A DNA stretch of 43,596 nt from a virus. Lineage: Duplodnaviria; Caudoviricetes. The stretch's first letter is position 1; every line of letters starts with the position of its first letter. Under the pieces are notes generated by a model that saw nothing but the letters and a program-made list of their open reading frames with translations, searched no databases and was not told where the DNA came from. Positions 8,747 through 17,190 of the stretch are shown piece after piece. Position numbers and translations under genes: made by a program. Location of the stretch: positions 1 to 43,596 of the IMG/VR virus record IMGVR_UViG_3300037424_001846, one strand, 5' to 3'.

Positions 8747-9111
8747 CGATCCAGAAAGAGTTAAGTCCGGAGCATCAAGCGCTCTCGCATCTCCTTCTTC
8801 ATCCGGCGTGGGAGGGGATTATCAAAAAGGGGATTGCAGAACGGGCAGCGGCGTATAACAATCAACTCATCGATCCTTCGGTTAGCCGCAAGGATGTGGC
8901 TCCCGACGATTTCATCCGCGGTTACATAGCAGCGTTGAAGTGGGTGGTGTCGTGGCCGGAGGAGGAGATGAACCGGGCAGTTCAGACGTTGCTGGATGAA
9001 GCCGCAGAGTTGGCTGAGCCAGAGGCGCCGTTGTTCGGCAACATCGCCGATGTGGCGAGAGGGATGACGAATGGACAAGGACGTCCAAGCGACAGCAGTT
9101 CCGGCACCTGA
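8743..9111 (+). CDS. Small head-module protein following the portal
   Basis: GTGA coupling; HPAWEGII...FIRGYIAALKWV pattern common in post-portal podoviral proteins. Confidence 0.65.
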   Translation: MTIQKELSPEHQALSHLLLHPAWEGIIKKGIAERAAAYNNQLIDPSVSRKDVAPDDFIRGYIAALKWVVSWPEEEMNRAVQTLLDEAAELAEPEAPLFGNIADVARGMTNGQGRPSDSSSGT

Positions 9112-10090
9112 AGCGGGGCCAGCGGCAGCGTCAGTTGAGGCGGTCCTCGCTGCGATTGGCGAGGAGGCGTTCGAGAAGACTGGCGGAGACATCTGGCAAT
9201 CCGGGAAAGATCCCGAATTCACGTCTCCGGCTGTTGAAAAGGCTGTTGTCGAGAAGAACGAGGGTTCGGCGCCTGTCGAACCTGCTGACGGAGGGTCCAC
9301 CCCTCCTCAAGCGAAGCCGCTGACGGTAAGTGAGGCGGAGAAAGTCATTCTTGCTGAACTTGGGCCGTTGGTAGGGAAGTATAACTCCCTTGATGAGTTG
9401 AAGCAGGGCATCCATCGCTTGACGCACGAGCGAACGGAGTATCTCACGAAGACGCAGATGTTTGAGGCGGCTGCCGCGAGGGCTTCGGAGACTCCGCCCC
9501 CCAACTTGCCCCCTGAGGATCCATTGGATCAGTTGGAGATCCTAGGATTGCCGAAGGAACCGCTGATTCAGGCGATCGACTTCGCTGTGAGGAGGACGAT
9601 CGAGCAGGCGAATCAGGCTGAGGTGGCGAAGTATGAGGCGAGGGTGAAGGCCGACTCGGAGGTGATCGAGAAGTATCCGGAGTACAAAGAGAGGTTTGAT
9701 GATCTCTCGAAGTGGCTGGATACCAGGCCGGACCTGAAGGGGAAGGTAGTGGAGGCGGAAAAGGCCGGCTATCACACCCTGGCACGCGAGTTCGCATGGC
9801 TTAATTTCAGTCGGGAAGTGGATTCGCCGAAGGAGGCGATCTTGAAGGAAGAGGCGAAGGTCGCAGCGACGAAGGCGAAGGACTTCCGAACGGATGCGCA
9901 GGTTTTGACGAATGGTCAGGAGCCGAATGCGCGGGTCCAGCCGACTGAGGAGCAGGTGGCAAGCGAGAGGAAGATCATCAAGAGGGAAGAGTTGGATCGA
10001 TTGGTGGGATTGGCACGCGATGGATATGCGGCGCCACTCTGGAGAAGGGCGATCGGAGAGACGCTTCCGAAAGAGGTGTTTCCCGACTAG
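9071..10090 (+). CDS. Putative capsid scaffolding protein
   Basis: Acidic, helical, directly before the MCP; GKYNSLDELKQG motif. Confidence 0.75.
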   Translation: MDKDVQATAVPAPEAGPAAASVEAVLAAIGEEAFEKTGGDIWQSGKDPEFTSPAVEKAVVEKNEGSAPVEPADGGSTPPQAKPLTVSEAEKVILAELGPLVGKYNSLDELKQGIHRLTHERTEYLTKTQMFEAAAARASETPPPNLPPEDPLDQLEILGLPKEPLIQAIDFAVRRTIEQANQAEVAKYEARVKADSEVIEKYPEYKERFDDLSKWLDTRPDLKGKVVEAEKAGYHTLAREFAWLNFSREVDSPKEAILKEEAKVAATKAKDFRTDAQVLTNGQEPNARVQPTEEQVASERKIIKREELDRLVGLARDGYAAPLWRRAIGETLPKEVFPD

Positions 10091-10133
10091 GGATTGAGTT
10101 GGGGGCAAGGATGCCCCCTGGAGGAATGCAAGG

Positions 10134-11159
10134 ATGGCTGCTCCTGGAAATTTTGGAACCTACGGGTTTGGGTTCCTGGCGGGAACTGGCGCGAACCGTG
10201 AGGATCTGCTGGATCTCATCACGAACGTCGATCCCTGGGATACCCCGTGGGTGACGCAGGCTCCCAAAGTGCGGGCGAGCCATGTGGTGCATGAGTGGTT
10301 GGTGGATACGCTTGCGACGACGTCTACGGCGAGCGGGGTTGTGGTGGCGATCGAAGGCGATGATTGGGCCTACAACACGGCGACGACCCGTCCTACCCGT
10401 GTGACGAATAACACCATGATCTTCAGGAAGGACATCTCGGTCAGTGAGACCCAAAGGGCGGTGAACCCCGCGGGCTTCAAGGACGCCTACTCGTATGAGA
10501 TTGCGAAGGCGACGAAGGAACTGGCGAGGAATATCGAGGTGTGGTTGTTCCACGGGAATGCGACCGTTACGGGGACGGCGATCTCGGGGGCGAGCAATGC
10601 GGTTAGAAGGATGCTCGGGTTCCAGGGCTTCATTGCGACGACGGCGACTGGTGCTGGTCAGACGGTGTCGAGCCTCGGGACGGCGACGAACAACTCGGCC
10701 CCCCTCACTCAGGGGAACTTCAATGATGCGCTGGAGCGCTGCTTCCTGAACGGGGGGAATCCCGAGCAGGTGTATGTGAGTAGTGCTATCAAGCGTCAGA
10801 TCAGCGGGTTCAACCTGACGGGGCAGAACCGGAACATTGGGGCGATCGAGAAGAAACTCGTCAATGCCATCGACATCTATGTGAGCGATGTGGGTGTGGT
10901 GGAGGTCGTGCTGGATCGTTGGGTGCCGCAGGCAACGAATGCGGGGACGGCGACGGCGAGTGCGACGGATACGAGTGGGAATATGTTCTTCCTTGAGAGG
11001 GCGAAGAACCGCCTCGCGTGGCTCCGTCCGATGCAGCACACGCTGGTCGGAAAGAGGGGCGATAGCGTGGCCGGGACGATTCTCGGGGAGTTGACGTTGG
11101 AGGTGCTGAACGAGAAGGCAGCGTTCAGGATCAACCGCGTCAACAACGCGACCGCGTAG
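10134..11159 (+). CDS. Major capsid protein (SU10/DUF5309-type)
   Basis: NREDLLDLITNVDPWDTP, HEWLVDTL, EGDD, RVTNNTMIFRKDISVSET, KELARNIE, GELTLEVLNEKA; GGAGG SD. Confidence 0.92.
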   Translation: MAAPGNFGTYGFGFLAGTGANREDLLDLITNVDPWDTPWVTQAPKVRASHVVHEWLVDTLATTSTASGVVVAIEGDDWAYNTATTRPTRVTNNTMIFRKDISVSETQRAVNPAGFKDAYSYEIAKATKELARNIEVWLFHGNATVTGTAISGASNAVRRMLGFQGFIATTATGAGQTVSSLGTATNNSAPLTQGNFNDALERCFLNGGNPEQVYVSSAIKRQISGFNLTGQNRNIGAIEKKLVNAIDIYVSDVGVVEVVLDRWVPQATNAGTATASATDTSGNMFFLERAKNRLAWLRPMQHTLVGKRGDSVAGTILGELTLEVLNEKAAFRINRVNNATA

Positions 11160-11274
11160 GGTTCAACGGGCTCCGGGACAGGGATGGCCCGGTCGGAGGG
11201 ATGAGGGAGGGTGGCATTGGTGACCGTCAGGGAGCCGATAAGCGCCTTCCCTCTACCTCTATAGGGAGGAAGAG

Positions 11275-11592
11275 ATGCCTGGTGGGAACAGCAGCAGTTC
11301 GAAGAGGCCACATCGGATGTTGAAGGGCGGGGGACAAAGGGCGCCAGATGTAATGGCGTTGAATGGGAGTGAGTTGCTGGGGGATGAGTCGAACATGGGA
11401 CTCAACCACATCAAGGGGGAGAGTTACATCGATACGGAGTTCGGGTTGTCGAACACTGGGGAGACGCCAGATGCCCCGGGCGACACCCAAGGGAACGCTG
11501 GGTGGAAGATGTCGCCTCCGAAGGGTGATAGCCGGGCTCCGCGGATTCCTGCACCGAAGAAGAGTGATGCGACACCGGGAGGCGGGTGGTAG
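11275..11592 (+). CDS. Hypothetical protein
   Basis: GGGAGG SD; lies in the structural operon. Confidence 0.65.
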   Translation: MPGGNSSSSKRPHRMLKGGGQRAPDVMALNGSELLGDESNMGLNHIKGESYIDTEFGLSNTGETPDAPGDTQGNAGWKMSPPKGDSRAPRIPAPKKSDATPGGGW

Positions 11593-11594
11593 AG

Positions 11595-11819
11595 ATGCCG
11601 CGGAAGCCGGCTCCGCCTCAGAAGAAGAACTTCTCTGGGACTCCGTCTGGGGAGGATGAACTGAGGGCAGCCCGGCGGAGGGCGATCCAGAAGTTGGGTG
11701 GAGAGACGAAAGGGCCGCAGGCGGTTGAGGAGATCACCCCCGGGATCTACAAAGAGGATGTGGGGATCCAGATGGCCCGACGAGGGAGAAAACGCCCGAC
11801 AAGAAGTGGAATGGCGTGA
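11595..11819 (+). CDS. Hypothetical basic protein
   Basis: ATG 2 nt after the upstream stop; TGATG coupling to the next gene. Confidence 0.6.
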   Translation: MPRKPAPPQKKNFSGTPSGEDELRAARRRAIQKLGGETKGPQAVEEITPGIYKEDVGIQMARRGRKRPTRSGMA

Positions 11820-11974
11820 TGCCGTACAAGAGTGACGCCCAGAGACGGAAGTTTCATGCGATGGCGAGCCGGGGGGAGATCGACAAGGCGACGGTCGCGG
11901 AGTATGACAAGAAGTCGAAGGGAAAGGATCTACCTGAGAGAGTTCGGCCGAAACGGTCGAAGAGGGGGAAGTGA
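11819..11974 (+). CDS. Small basic phage protein (51 aa, MPYKSDAQRRKFHAM...), absent from the ORF track
   Basis: TGATG coupling at both ends; MPYKSDAQRRKFHAMASRGEIDKATVAEYDKKSKGKDLPERVRPKRSKRGK resembles a recurrent MP(F/Y)KSxAQRR small phage protein. Confidence 0.75.
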   Translation: MPYKSDAQRRKFHAMASRGEIDKATVAEYDKKSKGKDLPERVRPKRSKRGK

Positions 11975-12207
11975 TGGCCCGAGATTATCCACTTGGAAGG
12001 ATGGCGCTTCGAACGAGGGTCAAGACGGAGACTGCCCGCTTCATGGAGAAGGCGAAGAAGAGAGGGCCGGGGACCTATACAGCGACTCAGACTGGGGCTA
12101 AGGGGCTCGCAGAGTTGAAGGAACATGCCGCTGAAGGGGAGCGGATGATAGGTGCGATGACCAGTCAGGAGAGTCAGGAGAAGTATATCAAGGGAAAGAA
12201 GAGATGA
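11974..12207 (+). CDS. Hypothetical basic protein
   Basis: TGATG and ATGA coupling on the two sides. Confidence 0.6.
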   Translation: MARDYPLGRMALRTRVKTETARFMEKAKKRGPGTYTATQTGAKGLAELKEHAAEGERMIGAMTSQESQEKYIKGKKR

Positions 12208-12542
12208 GCAGGACACATGGACTGTCGTTTGCTGATGAACGGTTAATCACCCAGATCACCAACACGGATGATCTTGCCAGACGGGTTCCTCGCCTCATTA
12301 CCTTTTGGGACGGGGTTGGGGAAATGCGCGAGATCATCCGCGATCAGGGGGCACGGAGGCACCCGCACTCTGGGTCAACTGGGTGGTGGGCAAACGGGAA
12401 GATGAAGTATGCAGGGACAGTTCCAGTGAGTATTAAGGCTGCGATTGAGATGGTGGATCCTGGATTCTTCAGGAGTGTGGAGAAAGTGGAAAGGTTCTTT
12501 GCGATGCACCCAGAGTATCGGATAACGGAGATCCAAAAGTGA
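12204..12542 (+). CDS. Hypothetical protein
   Basis: ATGA coupling; MKYAGTVPVSI...FFAMHPEYRI resembles small post-capsid podoviral proteins. Confidence 0.65.
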   Translation: MSRTHGLSFADERLITQITNTDDLARRVPRLITFWDGVGEMREIIRDQGARRHPHSGSTGWWANGKMKYAGTVPVSIKAAIEMVDPGFFRSVEKVERFFAMHPEYRITEIQK

Positions 12543-13771
12543 TTAGGCTATACACCAAACATCTTGGGGAGTCGAGTGGGTGCATGTATTACCGGGTGCA
12601 GGTTCCGGTGAAGGGGATGAACAAGTTGGGGAATGAGTGTTTCATCGACAACCACAAGACCCCAGTGGATCAGACGATCGCTGCGACGTTCTCCAGTGAC
12701 ATCATCCTGGATTACGCCTTGAGTGGGGCTATGGTGGAGTCGATTCTAAATGCGCTGAGGGGGATGCGTCAGGGAAAGAGTGACGATGGGGCAGAAGATC
12801 TCTATCCGCCTAGTTTCGTGTTTGATCTGGATGATCGGATTGATTGTGTGCATCCTTTTAATCCGGCTTTTGTTCATCTTGGGGTCAGGTCGTATGATGG
12901 GACCGAGTTGAAGAGTGGAGATCGGCTTGTCACGACGTTTCCAGATGGGGAAGAGGTGGTTGTTTGGGAGGATGGAAAGACTCAGTGTGATGGACAGACG
13001 TTTGATGTTGATAAGAATTGGAGGAAAGTGAAGACGGTGTTCTCCATTGCGCAGAGGGCGGATGGAGTCACTGTGCCGTCCTTGGGGCTGGCAAAGTTCT
13101 ACCGGGAAGAGATGGGGTGTGAGGATGTGTATGTGTTTCCGAACTCCGTTGTTCCCGAGGATTATCCGACTGTGCGGTTGGCAGAGAGAACGGATCCAGA
13201 AGAGGTAAGGGTGTTGTGGCAAGGTGGGGCCAGCCATATGGTGGACTGGTTCCCGTTGAAAGAGGCCATCCTGGAAGTCGCCAAGAGATACCCAAAGATG
13301 AAACTTGTGGTATGGGGGACGAACTTCCCGTGGATCTTCGAGGGGTTTCCGCAGGCACAGTTGGAACTACATGACTGGGTTCCATATGATGCTTACAAGC
13401 CACTGCGGGTGATGATGGACTGTGATATCAATCTGTGCCCGCTTGCAGATAATCTCTTCAATCAGGGGAAGAGTGCGATCAAGTGGTATGAGTCAGTGAT
13501 GCCGTTCGTGCCGGAAGCGACGTTGGCGAGCAATGTGGCTCCCTACAATGAAGAGATTGAGGACGGGGTTACGGGGGTTCTCTATAAGGGGAACCAGGAG
13601 TTTGTAGCGAAGTTGGGGAGATTGATCGAGTCGAAAGAGTTGCGGACCAGGCTCGGGCTTCAAGCACGCGCCTGGGTGATGGCGCATCGTCACTATGATG
13701 TGACGACTCCGGGGTTGAATGAGTTTTATGAACACCTCCGGGCAAGGAAGCGGCTTGCGCTTACGGCATAG
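12539..13771 (+). CDS. Glycosyltransferase, GT-B fold (GT4-like)
   Basis: SGCMYYRVQVP, FDLDD, ADGVTVPS, VFPNSV, WQGGASH..DW, DINLCPL..NLFNQGKSAIKWYE, ASNVAPY. Confidence 0.88.
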   Translation: MIRLYTKHLGESSGCMYYRVQVPVKGMNKLGNECFIDNHKTPVDQTIAATFSSDIILDYALSGAMVESILNALRGMRQGKSDDGAEDLYPPSFVFDLDDRIDCVHPFNPAFVHLGVRSYDGTELKSGDRLVTTFPDGEEVVVWEDGKTQCDGQTFDVDKNWRKVKTVFSIAQRADGVTVPSLGLAKFYREEMGCEDVYVFPNSVVPEDYPTVRLAERTDPEEVRVLWQGGASHMVDWFPLKEAILEVAKRYPKMKLVVWGTNFPWIFEGFPQAQLELHDWVPYDAYKPLRVMMDCDINLCPLADNLFNQGKSAIKWYESVMPFVPEATLASNVAPYNEEIEDGVTGVLYKGNQEFVAKLGRLIESKELRTRLGLQARAWVMAHRHYDVTTPGLNEFYEHLRARKRLALTA

Positions 13772-13779
13772 GAGGGGTG

Positions 13780-14691
13780 ATGACGAGAACGGATGCGAAG
13801 ACATACATTGCCAGGGCGTTGAGTGGGTCGAGTGAGACGGAGCAACTTGCTCATGCCCAGGATGCGCTCTTTGCGGCGATTCAGGAGTGGAATCTCCGGC
13901 ATGACTGGAGTTTCCGACTCATGGATACGAGTGGGGGATTCAGTGTTGCAACTTGCACCCTGACGGGGACAGCACTCACGACAAGTGCGACGAATGGGTT
14001 TGCTGGAGTGAACATTGGGCAGACAGCGACGGGGGCTACGATTGGGACGGTGACGGTGACGGCAATTGTGTCGTCTACGGCGGTGACAGTGAGTGGTGGG
14101 AGCGATGGAGGGCCGGAGACTTTGACGTTTAGTGCAGACATTCCGATCATCGCTGGTACGGATACTTACAATTTGCCGAGTCCTGTGAAGCGCCCCTATT
14201 CGGCACGGTTGGTGACGAGTAATCGGAACTTGGATTACAAGGAGCAGAGGACGATTGATAGGGAGTATACCAATTTGAGTGTGGGAGGGACTCCCTACTG
14301 CTACAACTTGTTCAATTCGATGGCGTTCTCGACGTCGTATCAGAATGGGAAGATCAGGGTGTTCCCGGTGCCGAGCGATGCCGACACGCTGAGGGCACGC
14401 TTCCACACTCCCATCCCCGAGCCGGGCGGGGAGTCTGCTGTGCTGGAGGTGTTGGATCGGTATGTGTATGCGCTGTTGGAGTTGGGACGATATTACTTCT
14501 TGAAGAACTCGGATTCTGAGAATCCTAGGACGGGAGAGTATAAGGAGAGAGGGGAGTTTCTTCTCCGGAAGGCGATTAGTGATGATAGGGAGGGGACGCA
14601 CGATAACGATATGGTGATGGTGCCGTACATTGAATGGGGAAGACATCGTCAGGTGGATTCTACGCAAGTCATCCTTGATACGTGGTGGTGA
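13780..14691 (+). CDS. Head-tail adaptor (tail tubular A-like) with inserted beta-rich domain
   Basis: AIQEWNLRHDWSF, AGTDTYNLPS, GTPYCY, IRVFPVPS motifs; position before the nozzle gene. Confidence 0.75.
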   Translation: MTRTDAKTYIARALSGSSETEQLAHAQDALFAAIQEWNLRHDWSFRLMDTSGGFSVATCTLTGTALTTSATNGFAGVNIGQTATGATIGTVTVTAIVSSTAVTVSGGSDGGPETLTFSADIPIIAGTDTYNLPSPVKRPYSARLVTSNRNLDYKEQRTIDREYTNLSVGGTPYCYNLFNSMAFSTSYQNGKIRVFPVPSDADTLRARFHTPIPEPGGESAVLEVLDRYVYALLELGRYYFLKNSDSENPRTGEYKERGEFLLRKAISDDREGTHDNDMVMVPYIEWGRHRQVDSTQVILDTWW

Positions 14692-14694
14692 TGA

Positions 14695-17187
14695 ATGGCA
14701 GCGCCAGAGAATCTGATCGTAGAGAGATTCGATGGGGGGCTGGTAACGGCGAGAGATCCGGCGAAGTTGGAACCGGGAGAGTTGGTGGTTTCGAACAATG
14801 TGGTGTATCAGCCGGATGATACGGCGATCTACAAGGCAAAGGGACGAACAAAGTACAATTCGAGTGCGCTTGGGGCGGGTGGGAATGTCAATGGTGTGAG
14901 GTATCTGGAGTTTGATGATGGAAGTGCGCTGCTTGCGGCGCACGAGAGTGATGATATTCACCTGAGTCAGTTCTCCGCGGAGACGGGGACATTTGGGACG
15001 CTTACGGCGATTTCCAATGTGGGGCAGGGTCAATCGATGGACTCTGCACACTACGGAAATCGCCATTTTCTTTTTACAGGGGCGGGTCAGAACACAGTTG
15101 TGAAGTTGGATGGGACATATCGGAAGCATGGGATGGATCCAGTTCCGGATCTCATTACGACACCGACAACGACAAGTGGGGCATGGAATCAGGCTCTTGG
15201 GACCGGGTTCTATCACTTCCTCTATACAGAGGTGATAAAGGATACGGTGACAGGGATTGAGATAGAGAGTGCATTCTCCGGGAAGCCGAAGAGTGTAAAT
15301 GTGACTACGCTAGCGAGTCAGAGTGTGGTGGTGACGAAGAATGGAATTACATACAACACGGGGGCGACTCACTGGCGAGTATATATGGCTGGGCCGACGG
15401 TGTTCGAGACGCCGGTGCCGCTTCTCTCTGATTTTCATTTGGTGGGAGAACTGGATATTGCGTCTACGACTATTACGGTGGGGAATCAAATAGCGAGTGG
15501 GGCGCGGCTGGCGACTGTTAGTACGGTGATTACTGGAGGATGGAGCAATGTAAATAATGTATTTAGTGACACAGATGGGGTTGGGATGCGGTCTAGTACG
15601 CTCAATTCGGCAGAGTTCCTGAGGACATTTACCTTTTCTGGGCTGACCGGGACGATCACAGGGTTTGAGGTGTTCATTCGGTTTAGGATTCCGGATTGGA
15701 CTCCCTTTTATCTTGTGAGGAACTCTCCGATTTTGATTGTGGATTTGAGTCATAACGGGACGAACTTCTTTCCAGGGAACAATTCTAGGTACTTCATTTG
15801 TAGGATGATTCAGGGGGCAGTTGGGGGATATGTGACGGTAGTGCTGGGGAATCCCTATGACCCTTGGGGGAGGACAGGGAGTCCGGCGTGGGCGTTGGGA
15901 GACGTGAATGGGAATGCTAGTTTTGGGGTGAAGATCAAGTATGGAGAGGAATATGGGGGGCCTGACGCCATTGTTGATGTCGATTGGGTGAAGGTGGCGG
16001 TTCATACGACGGGATCGGCGCGGCCGGTGGATCTGAGTGGAAGGATCTATCAGACGGTGGCGGTGAGTGTGGCGGGGTTGACGACGGTTTTCAGTGCAGA
16101 TATGCCGCCACCAGTTTCTACTACGGGGGACATCTTCGAGGGACAACTGATTGTCAATGATACTGGAGATCCTTCGATCATCAGGGGGAGTTTGCCGGAT
16201 GAAGTGGAGAGTTTCCCTGAGGTGTATTTCGTCAACTTCGAGACGAAAGATCGAGATGAGGTGACCTGCGTTAGGAGATTGGGCAACAAGTTCGTGGTGG
16301 GGTTGAGTCATCAGGTCTATCGGTTGAACTACTTCCCCAGGGAGACGGATGCCGAGTTTGACAGGGGGAGGTGTTATGAGGCAATCAGTGAACATCATGG
16401 AATCGTGGGGCCTATGGCTGCGACGTTGTTCAGTCCTGATGGGGGGTCGATACTTCTGGCGTTCGTGAGCCATGATGGGGTTAGGGTGACGGATGGGTTC
16501 CAGACGAGGGCTGTCAGTGGAGATGTTGATTGGGCCGGGACAGTTCGGTTGCCGTCTGCCGCGGATGTGACGAATTATCTGAGGGGGACGGTGCTGGTGA
16601 ACTACCCAAAGAGTCAGCAGATCTGGATGTACTACGTGCCGACAGGGGCTACGACCAGGACGAAAGCGCTGGTCTTCCATTATGGGAGCCACATGAAGAA
16701 TGGGGCCATGAAGGCTACGGGACCGATTGATGTGGCGGCGTTCAGTGCGTGTCTGAGCCGGCTCGGGGGCGACGATGTGGTGGTGACGGGGCAGAGTGGG
16801 GGGTTTGTGTATGTGGAGGATCGGGGGTACAACCACAATGCTGGGGGGACGATCCCGGTTTCGATCAAGACGCGGGAGATGTATCACGCTGGGTATGCGG
16901 GGAATGTGACGCTGGAATCTACCCGGGTGAGGCTGCGGAGTGATAGTCCGACTGGGACGGTGACGATTCAGCCGATCACCCGGAGTGGTGGGAATGCGCA
17001 GGTTAGCCAGACGGCGAAGACCTTTACGAATGCGACTGGGGGAGTGGCGCTGAACAGTTGGCGCCACAACTTCGACTCCCTCCAACTCTCGCTCACTGAG
17101 CCGGGGGTGGATGGTGGAGGGGCGCTGCGGCTGACAGAGATGGTGCTGGAGGTGTATGGGCATGGGCTTCCAGAGAGTCGGGGGTAG
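14695..17187 (+). CDS. Tail nozzle/stabilisation protein (P22 gp10/tail tubular B-like)
   Basis: N-terminal FDGGLVT..DP..L..GE...NNV; beta-propeller-like blades; 830 aa after the adaptor. Confidence 0.75.
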   Translation: MAAPENLIVERFDGGLVTARDPAKLEPGELVVSNNVVYQPDDTAIYKAKGRTKYNSSALGAGGNVNGVRYLEFDDGSALLAAHESDDIHLSQFSAETGTFGTLTAISNVGQGQSMDSAHYGNRHFLFTGAGQNTVVKLDGTYRKHGMDPVPDLITTPTTTSGAWNQALGTGFYHFLYTEVIKDTVTGIEIESAFSGKPKSVNVTTLASQSVVVTKNGITYNTGATHWRVYMAGPTVFETPVPLLSDFHLVGELDIASTTITVGNQIASGARLATVSTVITGGWSNVNNVFSDTDGVGMRSSTLNSAEFLRTFTFSGLTGTITGFEVFIRFRIPDWTPFYLVRNSPILIVDLSHNGTNFFPGNNSRYFICRMIQGAVGGYVTVVLGNPYDPWGRTGSPAWALGDVNGNASFGVKIKYGEEYGGPDAIVDVDWVKVAVHTTGSARPVDLSGRIYQTVAVSVAGLTTVFSADMPPPVSTTGDIFEGQLIVNDTGDPSIIRGSLPDEVESFPEVYFVNFETKDRDEVTCVRRLGNKFVVGLSHQVYRLNYFPRETDAEFDRGRCYEAISEHHGIVGPMAATLFSPDGGSILLAFVSHDGVRVTDGFQTRAVSGDVDWAGTVRLPSAADVTNYLRGTVLVNYPKSQQIWMYYVPTGATTRTKALVFHYGSHMKNGAMKATGPIDVAAFSACLSRLGGDDVVVTGQSGGFVYVEDRGYNHNAGGTIPVSIKTREMYHAGYAGNVTLESTRVRLRSDSPTGTVTIQPITRSGGNAQVSQTAKTFTNATGGVALNSWRHNFDSLQLSLTEPGVDGGGALRLTEMVLEVYGHGLPESRG

Positions 17188-17190
17188 GAG

